Positions 13,901-25,544 of a stretch of DNA of 64,000 bases are shown piece by piece (position 1 is the first letter of the stretch; the number at the start of each line of letters is the position of its first letter). This stretch comes from Marsupella aquatica (Eukaryota > Plantae > Marchantiophyta). A program made the position numbers and the translations under genes. The notes beneath the pieces are model-generated. The model did not search any database, had not been told where the DNA came from, and worked only from the letters and a program-made list of their open reading frames with translations. The stretch spans positions 13,085,934 to 13,149,933 of the forward strand of contig OZ316899.1 in NCBI GenBank assembly GCA_973895155.1. The letters are read 5' to 3'.

Positions 13901-14334
13901 GAGTGGAGCTTACATCGATCAACATTTCATACCGAATCATTTTCAGGTGGGAATCACTGTACATTTGGATTATGTACCTAGAAACATAGCATTTAGTAGG
14001 TCTGCGTAGTAATTAAGGCACTGCCTTCTACATTATGTGTTGTGAAGTGATTCCACTGTCGACATTCTGAAATGTTGTCGCCTGACTTGCGAAACATTCA
14101 GAATGTATTTGTTTAGTCAACAGTGACCTCCAAATTGCTATGTTTAGTCAACTGGTGTTATTCCTGACTTCACTTAGCATGTTATAATTTGTTTGGCTCC
14201 TGTTGTACCAATCTGTTAAAACTGATAAAAAAAACTGGTCATTCCTATTCCATTCTGAATTCTCCTGTGAATCTATGTTTGGCTTCTATTATTCTCACTT
14301 CTAAGACATCATTTTTTTTCTGGATTGTATGCAG

Positions 14335-15546
14335 AGGCGTGGAGCCATGGTTCAAGCTTCCTTGAATAAAGGTGACACATTTCAGAGTTGGCAAGATGTC
14401 AGGAGAGCAATTGTCAGACACGGAGTGGCAACTGAGCGGGTAATTACAACATACAAAAAGGAAAGTTTGCATTTTCTTAGAAAGTGCAAGATGTGGTGGC
14501 ATGAAAACCCTGTCTAGAAATGTTTGTGGTCTATTCGAGTGATTATGAGCTCCAAGACGGAAACCATTACCGTCACACAGCTCAATGATCACCATAGTTG
14601 TTGTGCAGCAGACCATTACACCAAGAGAATGCATAATTCTTTTGACTACTTGGCTACTTTGATATTTGACATCATAATAAAAAATAGACAAACCAGAGCA
14701 TGTTCTTTGAAGGATACTGCCCAGGCTATTCATGCCCTACCCCAGGTGACCTCTTCTTGGCTGTGTGTGCTGTGTGATATTACTGAAAAACATTGTTTTG
14801 TTTTCATTCTTTAACATTGATTAACACTGATTATGCTTAATTATCAGGTGGGGCCATGAGACTTCCTAGCAAGCAGAGAGCACTAATCGAGCACTGAAGG
14901 CTGAACGATAGGAAGTTGCCTTCAAACAATCAAATCTGATTTGGATTACATGATGAAGCACTACTATGACAAGAGGGTGCTTGCAGAGTCCCTAACTACA
15001 CCATTTCCTCCCAATACCATGGCTATATTAAGGGACCAACATGAGGAAGCCCTTCAACTTGTTGCAGATCCATCCAGCCCTACGGAAGTTAGAATTACTG
15101 ATTCTAGCGGTAGATATTTCTTGGTGAGTTTGGAGCCATTGGAGGAATGTTCTTATGGTGATTGGCAGGATGTTGGTATTCCCTGCATTCATGCGTGGAG
15201 AGCCATTACAAGATTGCATCTTCACCATTACAATTTTGTTTCTCCATTTTATTCCCTAGAGTCGTTTAGACTCACATACAGTGGTAGCATACCGGCTATT
15301 CTGAAAGATGACTTGCAACCAGATTCATGGTGTGGTCCACCTGAGAAGAAGCAAAAGAGAGGTTGTCCCAGAGAGAAGCCAAGGCTTAGATTCCCGGAGG
15401 AGGAATTAGTCCACTTGTCCAGGGCTTGTGGCTTTTGCAAGCAAAGGGGCCATGATAAACGGACTTGCCGGGTTAGGAAAGACCACCTTGGACATGGAGT
15501 GGAGCAGGACATAACTGAAACTTCTGAACAGGTGTTGGAAGATTGA
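14335..15546 (+). pseudogene. MuDR-type transposase remnant: N-terminal DNA-binding region plus SWIM and CCHC; DDE core absent
   Basis: GDTFQSW..CLWSIRV..QLNDHHSC N-terminal motifs, degenerate SWIM ECSYGDWQDVGIPCIHA, KRGCP, CGFCKQRGHDKRTC. Confidence 0.8.
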
Positions 15547-16060
15547 TATAGTCGGTTCAGGCAAAGAGAACCAGAGTGATGAGGTTGTAGACATAAACCA
15601 GTCAGCACCATTCATGGAGGAGGAGGATGAATGCGGCCCATCATTAACTTGCCCTTTTGAAATGGGTTCATTCAGTGCCCTTCTAGCCAGTTGTTCTGAA
15701 GGACTTAGTTTGAAGCTTTAGATAGAGTTTCATCTCTACAGAATGCTTAAGTCTGAACTACTTTTGAGTTCCTTTTTGTGTGCTTGGACACAATGTATGC
15801 AATCCACAAGAGCTGGAGCTGTACTTCATATATCCAACACATTCCTCTGTCATTTTGCATTTGCTTTGCTGTGGGGTGTTATGGCCTTCTCATGTCTCTT
15901 TCATGGTTTTCTGAGTATGAGCCATCTCTGGAGCTGGCCAAGTGACCCATGGATGATAGCATCAAACACAAAAAACAGAGATCCACTACCAATTTGGTTT
16001 TCATAACTAGCATGAAATGAAAGTACCATACATAATTTAGCTCTCTATCCAAGACAAGTC

Positions 16061-17319
16061 CTATTCTGTGTCCAAGCCAGGATACCTATGCAGCAATGGT
16101 AATGTCAAAACTTTCAAGTAACCTTTTCCACAAATGAACAACAAATCACAAAGAAGCCAGTTCCATCTATGCAGTCCCCGAACACATATACATCGACATA
16201 AATAAACTACAGCCAGATTTGTAAGTTGGTTTAAATTGTTCCAACAAAGATCATGGCAGCAACTAGGAAACGCCTTGCAAGGACTGTAAGCATGAATGTA
16301 CAAAGTACTCATTGTAAATAATGGAAGAAAAGAAAAATTCTCTGATTCTTTCAAGCTCCACTGAAGTAGAGCAATAGAGAGTACATTGCCATGGTCAAAG
16401 TCTCCTTCGAGCCAGATAAGCAAGTATGATACCAAAAATCTTGCCTAAACTAAGATTCTAGGATGAACAATTAGAGAGAGCCAGATAGCCAAACCATGGC
16501 TCAAAATTCAGATCCGTGATGGTGTGCATCTACTTGTTATAGACCTTAAAGCTACCTGGCTGCTCATGGAAGTAATGCACTCCCACAAGATTGGATATAG
16601 TACTTTTCCAATCAGCAAGCACTGAAGTGGCAGGCACCCACTTATGAGTACCATAGACAACAAATCCTTTCTTGGCACTAATAATCTCAAGATAGAACAA
16701 CTCAGTGATGTGGAGACAGTCATCCTCCTCTCGGAAACAATAGCACAGGTCTCCATCTCAAAATGCCTTCCCTTGTAGTAAAATATCTGCTGGATTTCCA
16801 AATTTGATGTTCTGTTGCTGACCAATTTTGCAATCCTCAAAGCGGAAATAGTAAGTCCGCCCAATGTTGTTGCTGTCCTCCACTGCCCAAAAATGAAATG
16901 AAGTAAGGCGTACCCAGGCCCTATTCATCTACCCGAGTGGACAAGGCAAGCTTCCATTTCCATTTAGGATTGGCCAAAAATATGTGATACTCTTGTATAT
17001 AATCTTTCATAGCTTTTGCACTGAAACAATTGGATTCGATCTCATTGGACACTGGAGCCCTGAGCAGAAAGCACACTGGAACAATGTGTAAGAATAATTC
17101 CACAGAGAAGACACATCACACAGAAATTCTAAGTTTACTGACTGAATTCAAATTGACAAAGTTGTTCAAATTCATTGAGTAGAAATGAGGAAACCTATCC
17201 CATGAAGGCCAAAATGTAGGATCAATCCGTCTTCGCAGTGATTCCACAATTTCTGTCGTTGGATCGTAAAGTGTGACCTTGGCAATCTTGCCCCACTTCC
17301 TCGATGATGCAACTGCCAT
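16061..17319 (-). pseudogene. Degraded cargo gene in the MULE, possibly F-box-like
   Basis: Consecutive broken minus-strand frames: IDPTFWPSW...LNSVSK then IFLANPKWKWKL, weakly resembling plant F-box proteins. Confidence 0.25.
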
Positions 17320-20300
17320 TTTTGATCTAACTAGTACACAATTCAGGCAACCTGAACATGATTAATACTACAATGTAGTGAGGTTCAACAATAGGTCAGG
17401 TGTATTCAGGTCATTTTAACTTAAGGGTAATACATGCAGAAATGAAGGGATAAAATTGCCTCTAGCCTATATTCATGACAGATACAACAGCTAAAGTTTT
17501 GGATCACGGCTAGTCCTTCAGCCAAGCGCATAAAAAGTCAAAGCATTGAATGAAATAGAGAAAGCAGTGATCAACCAAGCATTGATCAACCAAGCATTGA
17601 ATGAAACAGAGAAAGCAATGATCGACCACATTGACCACTGACATTGACAAAAGGATTTAGTTGGCAACAACAGGTAAGTTCAACATTAGGGACGCGCAGT
17701 ACAAAGTAGAGCCATGGGAGGATTTGTCACCCCACATCCCGTCCACCTGAACATAGGTGTACATGGCCTCCGACCGCTAAATGAATTCTCACCACTAAAT
17801 GGCCACTGGCTCGCTGCCCGCGATAGATATCCAGGCTTAATGGAAGGAGCACCTAACAACGAGTTGCAGACAAATGCTTTCAACACTGCATAAAGCACTA
17901 TGGAACACTGCAATGCAATCAATACACAAGCAATGTGAAGTACCAACGTGATGTGCGCGAGTAACTTGTTGACCTTGCCTGCACCCACGCCCTCGCCCTT
18001 GCTCCACTTCTATTGCCGTTTTGACCTTCGACTGATCATCGACAACTTCCTGCACATAGAGTACCGCTGACCCTATTTTCAAAGGTCGATGCAGTAGTTT
18101 CAACTGGCAGGGTTTAGTAGCCAGGGGATGGAGAGTTCAAACAAAATTCACCAGAATATGACATGTGTCCCCAAAGGACGGAGACTGACCCATGGTTAAC
18201 CTTGGTTTCCATTGGGTTAAGTGAATACAAAAACCGTGGCAGTATTACAAATTCTGTAAAAATTGTGGCAGTATTGTAATAAGCCACATCTTTAGTGGCA
18301 ACTTAGTTAAAAACTGAAATCAAAATTTGCCAAGAACATCTGCCATCGCATTTCCTCAGGGTTCAGCCTTGGCTTAAATTTGAAGTACCTGACCAACGAG
18401 CTATCTGTGTGTATTATCACCTTGGGTCCGTTCTTAAGGTAAATCTCCCACTTCTTCAACACATAGATCACAACATACATTTCCCTTTCCAGAGTGATCC
18501 AATAATTTTTCAATTTACATGACTCCTCAAAGGCCACAAGACGCCCATCTTGGTGTAAACAGGTGTCTATGGCATAATCACTAGCGTCTATCCAAATCTC
18601 AAATGTCTTCCCCATCTCAGGTAACTTTAGAACTGGCGACGTTATCATTGCCGCTTGAGTTCCAGGAATGCTAATTTGCAATCTTGTGTCCACACAAACA
18701 CCTTGTTTTTCATTATTAGCGCATTTAGGGGCCTTGCAATCCTTGCATAGTCTTTCGTGTATCTTTGATAGAACTCCGTAAATCCTTAGAAGGCCCTAAC
18801 TTGCCTTACAATGGACAGGCGTTCCCATTCTTTGATTTCCTTAAGCTTGCCCTGACTAGGCGTAATCTCCTTCGGGGTGAAGGTATGGCCGAGGAACTGA
18901 ATCTAGTTCATTGCAAACTCGCACTTGCTAGGTTTAGCAAAGAGACGAGCCTTACAAAGGTGAGAGAATACTTCCACGAGCAATTGCTCATGCTCCTCCA
19001 ATGTTTTTGAGTAGATCAGGATGTTGTCAATAAATCTACCAATCCTTGGTCTAACAAGTCATGAAAAATAGTATTCATCATTTTCATGAACGTTGTAGTT
19101 GCATTACACAACCCAAATGACATAACCAAAAACTTGTAGGATCCGAACCTTGTGCGCATTGCGGTCTTATACTCATCCCCATTTGCCATGCGGATCTGAT
19201 AATACCCAGACTGCAAGTCCACCTTTGAAACTTCTTAGCCCCAGAGAGGCAATCAAAGAGGTCATCCATATGAGGTAGTTACGCGTATTTGTTCTTTATT
19301 GTTTGCTTATTGAAGGTCTGGTAATCTGCACACAATCTCACAATACCATCCTTTTTGGACACAAATAGCGTGGGCACCCCATAAGGACTCTTACTAGGAC
19401 GAATAAACCCTTGGTCAATTAACTCTTCCAAGGCGTTATTCAGTTATATCATTCGTTTGTTCAAGTTCAGACGATAAGGAGCTTTAGCCTAAAGAGCCAA
19501 ACCTGGCTCCAACTCAACTTGGTGATCCACTTCCCTTAGTGGGGGTAAACTTTAGGTAGCTTCTACGAGAGCATGTCATTGAATTCCTCTAGAATCTGAG
19601 AAATTCAACCGCAATTGGGCCTGACCTTAGCTGACATAGGTTTTGGCTGCTTAGCAGCCTCCTTAACCGGGTGGAGATGAAAGAAGAAGCATTCATGTCC
19701 ACCCTGAAGTCCTTCCACAATTGCGTCGCCGATACACACGGTGACAACCACGACACTTTACTTACTTTGTGACATCTTTCTTTATTTTTGGTAATTTTGT
19801 GTACAACGATGGGCTCATCGCCCTTATTGGGAAAATTGAGCACCTCGTTCTCCGGGTTCAAGATAACATTGTGCTTTCTGAGATAGCCTACCAACAAAAT
19901 AAAGTCTACGGCTAGGCCCTCTAGAACGTAGAACATCTCCTGACTAACAATATTTTGTTGTTTGCATATGACTTCTACCCAAAGTCTATGTACCACTCTC
20001 GACACTATCCCTTTTGTGTCATTGGCAAAATTGCACACTAACGGTTGTAATAACTCTTGCACATCCACCCCAAGACGTGCGGCCGCCTGCCCGCTTATGA
20101 AGCAGGGTGTCGTGCCTGTATCCACCAAAGCAACACCCAGATTACCATTAGAAGTGACATTCACAAAAATTAGTTTGTCAGGATCCATTGTCTTAACCTT
20201 AGGTACCTTCTCTTGCGACAACACCTTCTCTTTGGTAGGAATATCCCCTATAGGGACCTTGTCAACTACTAAGGTTTTGGTTAGAGCGATACTTACCTTA

Positions 20301-21624
20301 AAGCTCTTCTGCCTCCCATCTCCACTCGACTTGCCACCTTTCATGGGACAATCCTTACTCTGATGGTCCATGGCAACACATGTGAAGCATGAGCCTTCTA
20401 CCCGCCTCGTCTCTATGAGTGCTTGCTTTTTCACTTCTTGCACCGACAAGGGTCCTTTCTTAAAGTTGTTGGTTTTTTGGTTGCACTTTGCATCTCCATT
20501 TTGGGGCTGAGGATCCAAACTACCGGCCCCACCCGCCTCGAGCTGCTTGCGCTTGTTTCCGGGACCTTTTGCTTTCCTAGCTTCCCCTTCAAATCCCTTG
20601 CCACTCACCTTTGCCAAGTCCGGTCGGTTATTCACGAGCGTAGTGGCCTTGTCGAAGGTGTCAAAAAGTGTTTTAAACTCATGACGCTTTTCCTATAACT
20701 TTTCCCTGAGCAACGGTGGGAGCTTCACTATAAAGTTGTGAAGCTGCGTATGTAGGGTTTCCTGCCCCTATGGGATCTACATGCCAATTGGTTCTAGTAA
20801 TAAGTAATGAACTTTTGGATATCACCCTTGAAACTCATCTCCGGTACACATTTTTGAGCGTGTCGCTCTAGGTACTTAGTGGTGACATGAGCATGAAGAC
20901 CCTCAACCAGGTTTCCCCAAGTTACTGGCAAGGAGGAGTCCTTTGACTCGCGCCTTCTTCCAAGACTTGTACCAAGTCAAGGCATAGTCTGTCAGGTAAG
21001 GAGCGGCTGCGGTAGCCCCAGTGGAGCGTTCAGATTGGAGATGAATCTCCGTTGTGGAGAGCCAACTCAGAAACTTTTGTCCACTTTGCTTGTAGGCCCC
21101 ATCATAAGTTGGAGGAGTCAGTAGCTGGTTCACTTGGAACATACTCCGTCCAACTACCATTTCCCCCCTCGGGACGTGACACACTCTGACTACCTAGACT
21201 TAGTCAGTACTTAATTTGGGTCCCCTTGTTGTGTTCCAACTACTCATAAATGAGACGTTGGTGTTGAGTCAACGATCCCAAACCGTCGTCAGCGGTTGGG
21301 ACCTTGCGGGTTGTGTGAGGATAGTCATCAAATCATCTATCCTTAGGTTCTCATGTGGATTTTGGTGACACCCCCCGCAATTTGCGGGCACCGTGACCTC
21401 CTAGGGCTATGGCATCACCCTCATCACCCTGGTTATGCTTGGTCAAATTATCCACAATGGCGTCCAACTCAACATCATCCTCTAGTTCTACGTCCAACCC
21501 TCTTAAGGTAGGGATCAATCCCTCTTTTGGGTCCTGACCCCCTCCCTCTGATTTGACTTCCAAATTGTTGTCTTTCTTGTCTGAGTCGGTGTTGTCGTCG
21601 CTTGACTTGTCCTCTAGAGTACCG

Positions 21625-22703
21625 TGTCGTGCGCATAAACATTGCTACACAACATACATCGCTTGTCACACATATCTAAGCATAGTCACAATCAACATCA
21701 CAAACATAAGAGAATGGAGTACAAGTGGAACTCCTATACACACATGTCCAAAACCCACAATAAATCTTCAAGAGCAATCAAACAGCGATTGATGCCAATC
21801 AAACACACAATCTTGCTCGATGTAATCACACACTTATGTCAAGTCAAACACACCTTGCGCCTCAAGGAATCCACATTACGTACACACAACCTAGACAGCC
21901 ACACGATAGCCGCTAGAGTTTGTGCTCAAAAGGCTCAACATCAAAAGATGAGACCTTTGAGCCAACACAAAGAGATATAACTATCCCTCACAAGTTACAT
22001 ACACTAACCCTAAAACACTTAGATAACACACATATGAAAGCCTCAAACCTACATAGTCCGATATCCTATACTACCACTCATAATGGTGTGACAGTTGTCG
22101 TGCGCATAAACATTGCTACACAACATACATCGCTTGTCACACATATCTAAGCATAGTCACAATCAACATCACAAACATAAGAGAATGGAGTACAAGTGGA
22201 ACTCCTATCCACACATGTCCAAAACCCACAATAAATTTTCAAGAGCAATCAAACAGCGATTGATGCCAATCAAACACACAATCCTGCTCGACGCGATCAC
22301 ACACTTATGTCAAGCCAAACGCACCATGCGCCTCAAGGAATCCACATTACGTACACACAACCTAGACAGCCACACGATAGCCGCTAGAGTTTGTGCTCGA
22401 AAGGCTCAACATCAAAAGATGAGACCTTTGAGCCAACACAAAGAGATATAACTATCCCTCACAAGTTACATACACTAACCCTAAAACACTTAGATAACAC
22501 ACATATGAAAGCCTCAAACCTACATAGTCCGATATCCTATACTACCACTCATAATGGTGTGACAGTTGTCGTGCGCATAAACATTGCTACACAACATACA
22601 TCACTTGTCACACATATCTAAGCATAGTCATAATCAACATCACAAACATAAGAGAATGGAGTACAAGTGGAACTCCTATCCACACATGTCCAAAACCCAC
22701 AAT
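21625..22703 (-). repeat. 3' terminal array of the DNMT-gypsy: B1-A2-B2-A3-B3 with a 471-bp period
   Basis: Full 469-bp TG...CA units at 21625-22093 and 22096-22564, separated by GT, plus a partial unit at 22567-22703. Confidence 0.95.
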
Positions 22704-22714
22704 CGCCCCCCTAG
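22704..22714 (-). other. Polypurine tract candidate
   Basis: Minus-strand TAGGGGGGCGA immediately precedes TTGTGGG, the start of repeat B1. Confidence 0.6.
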
Positions 22715-22874
22715 CTGGGAGTGAGGTCCCCTAACTCTAGCTAGCCACAAGTTCTACAAGGTTGGTATACACTTTTTTAAGTGTGAAGATCAGGAGGCCG
22801 GGTAAGTGAGCCCCATTGATCACCTTCCTGCAATCTATACTTTCCATGAGAACACAAATGGTAACTAGTCGGCT

Positions 22875-24583
22875 TCACCGACATTGAGGACACAACCATG
22901 ATCCGCTAGGAATCACCTCCAATGGTGGTGTCAAACACGACATGTGCCATCCTCTAGAACACTTATCACAAATCAACATAGTGGGTGCTCCTTGAGCAGA
23001 TCCACACAACATACACTTCAAGCCGGCACGAACCTGAGCCAAGCTTGGATCTACTGTACCATCAATGTTTGAAAGATGACATGGTGCACAATTGCGTACA
23101 TGATCCTTCCAAACCATACCATCACGTCCTTCCAACATTAGGACACCAGAAGACAATACTTCACGCACACATAAGATTGTTCGACCTGCGGTCACATCAA
23201 GTGTCGTTGGTGCTGTTTGCTGCAAATAAACAAAATCACCAGGATGAAACCGTCGAATCCTCGCACGATAACCTCCTCCACGAATAGTGGCATACCTCAA
23301 AGTATCACGATGTTGAGCAATGGCAAGGTTTTCAAAGGCCATGGGCATGACTCTCTCAAAAACTTGTGCCCTCTCTGAACACACCTTGACCCAAACATCA
23401 GGATCATCCAAATCCACAACAATTGCCACATCACGACCAGCAAAGTCCAAACTCCATCGATATCCCAAACCCATTATTGGTAATGGATGCAATTGGGGAG
23501 TGGGAGCATTGAATGATGCTCGCACTCGATCACATACCACACACTTAGCAATCAATTGTTGGACATCAGTGCGCATACCACGCCACCAATATTGTGTTTG
23601 CAACAAGCTATATGTGCATTTCACACCAAAGTGCCCCAACTCCTTGTGCGCATGTCGCACCAAACGTACTCGTTGTGACGGTTTTGGTACAACCAACACC
23701 TTGCCATCACGTAGTATCCTCAAAAGATGGTTTCCTTCCCATCAGAATCTCTTAGCTCGTTGTAGAACCCTATCTCGCTCCTTAGCATTACAATTGCCAA
23801 CAATGGAGCCACCACGCAAATATTCCAACACTCTCTTGTCGTTATGAATATCTTGTTGCCCAAAAACTACCTCATCAACATCCAAATCTGAAGATTCAAC
23901 GTCTACCCCATCCAATGAAGTAGAGTCCATAGATCCACTATATGTTGGAACCCAAAAAAGAAAGGCAGATGCATGCCATCCTGGCACACTCTCCTTATTT
24001 GACTCATCATGCCATCGAGCTCTAGTCTCATCCTCTTGACTGGTACATGGATTACGGCTCAACCCATCCGCATCCAAGTTCACTTTACCAAGCCTATGTA
24101 CAACCTGGAAATCATACTCCTGTAACAACAATGCACATCGTGCAAGCTTCCCTGTAAGCTTGTTAGACTCCATTAACCACTTGAGGGGCTGGTGATCAGT
24201 GATCAAGGTGAACGGATTACCAAACAAATAGCAACAAAAATGTGCCACAGCCCACACTGCCGCCAAACACTCTCCCTCATACGAGCTATACTTAGCCTCT
24301 ACTGAATTGTTTGATCTACTGGCATACGTCACAACAAACTCATTCCCCTCATCATCCTTCTGAGTCAGTACTGCTTCAAGTCCTAATCCACTCCAATCAG
24401 TGTGTAGCTGAAATGGTCATCCCAAAACGGGTCTTCTCAAAATAGGTGTTGACACCAATCTTTCCTTCAACTCTTGGAAAGCATGCTCTTGGTCGTCACC
24501 CCAAATCCACTCCTGGTCCAACTTAGTGTGTATAGTTAAAGGCTTAGCAAGTTGGCTAAATCCTTTAACATACCGTCTATAAT
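22875..24583 (-). pseudogene. 3' part of Pol: RT end/RNase H, integrase (catalytic core deleted) and C-terminal PHD finger
   Basis: YASRSNN..YSSYEGECLAAVWAV..TDHQPL..DADGLSR (RNase H); HKELGHFG..CVVC (HHCC); WSLDFAG followed by a jump; CMLC..ICDKCSRGWHMSCLTPPL..GSWLCPQC (C4HC3 PHD). Confidence 0.9.
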
Positions 24584-25544
24584 CACTACAACATATTTGA
24601 CACTTTTGCGAAGGTATTTTTGTCGACGCTCTTGTATTTCCGATGGGCGGCGCTTTGCATATTTTGCGAATCAACCCGCATCGCAATTTGCGATTCTATC
24701 CCTATCGCAAATATAATAGCTGAAGCGCATTATATCGCTAATAAATTGCGAAGTAAGTGGTTTTGCAATTTTTACCGAAATGCGTCGAATGGAAAGGCAC
24801 CTTCCGAAGACGGAAAAATCGCTCGCCGACTCCGAAACTAACTCATGTAAATATTTGCGAAGAATATTGGATTGAAAATGTTTTGCGATAGTAGTTGTTT
24901 GACAAGTTTAAGAATGTCGGAGGATGGAAGATTTGCGAAACGCTGAAAATATGAAATTTGTGATTGATTTTGCATCACAAGTTTGCGAAGAGTGTAGTAT
25001 GGAAATATTGAGAAACGAGAAGCTTCATATAAATTGCGAGTCCGGTGAGAGTTTGTGAGCTTCGCAAATTGTTCGCAAACTAAAAATTAAGGTTATTGTG
25101 AGGTGAGACAATGAAGAGGGTGGATGGTCCAATATATGGATGGGGCAGGAGGGAAGAGGAAGGGAGGATGGAGGGAGGTACAATGAAGGATGGAAAAGGG
25201 AGGGAGTACAATGGAAGAGGAAGGAGGGAGGAGAAAGAGGAAGGGAGGAGGAGGGACAGACGTACCACGGAGGAGGGAAACACGAGGGTGAGAATGAAAA
25301 TTATGGAATAAGTAGGAAATAAAGTTATATTGAGCAACAGAGGTTAGATAGAAAGTTGCATGTAAAATTCATAAGTGATCACAAGAAAACAATACAATAC
25401 ATATGTCATGAGTATGACTCATTCAAAAGTGAATGGCAAATATAAATATAGACAATCCTTTTTTTTATATCACCAAACATGAACAAATCAAATATAACAT
25501 GAACAAATGTCTAGGCTGGACCCAAGTGCATATAAATATGTCCC

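Larger units (their letters stand above)
13157..18316 (+). mobile_element. Mutator-like (MULE) DNA transposon, internally deleted
   Basis: Imperfect TIRs of ~95 bp (caggttttaactacattgccactaaaga... / ...tctttagtggcaacttagttaaaaactg). 10-bp TSD AAATCAAAAT at 13147-13156 and 18317-18326. Removal restores gypsy RNase H FLANFDFEFEVRHVPRKTNTVADALSR. Confidence 0.93.

Noticed and set aside
18240-18248. CAGTATTAC in the MULE TIR resembles the Arabidopsis VANC21 target motif
   Set aside because: A short AT-rich match in a distant lineage with no VANC-like ORF seen; likely coincidence
21553-22621. Repeated His/Thr-rich ORFs (MLHNIHRLSH..., MCSKGSTSKD...), also at 40361-40683
   Set aside because: By-products of translating the non-coding terminal repeats; no domain or splice support
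21625-22703. Array considered as CRISPR-like or satellite DNA
   Set aside because: Units are 469 bp with no unique spacers, have TG...CA ends, and match the far terminus of the retroelement
25080-25337. Short ORFs in a GA-rich tract of the CACTA
   Set aside because: Low-complexity purine tract that gives open frames by composition
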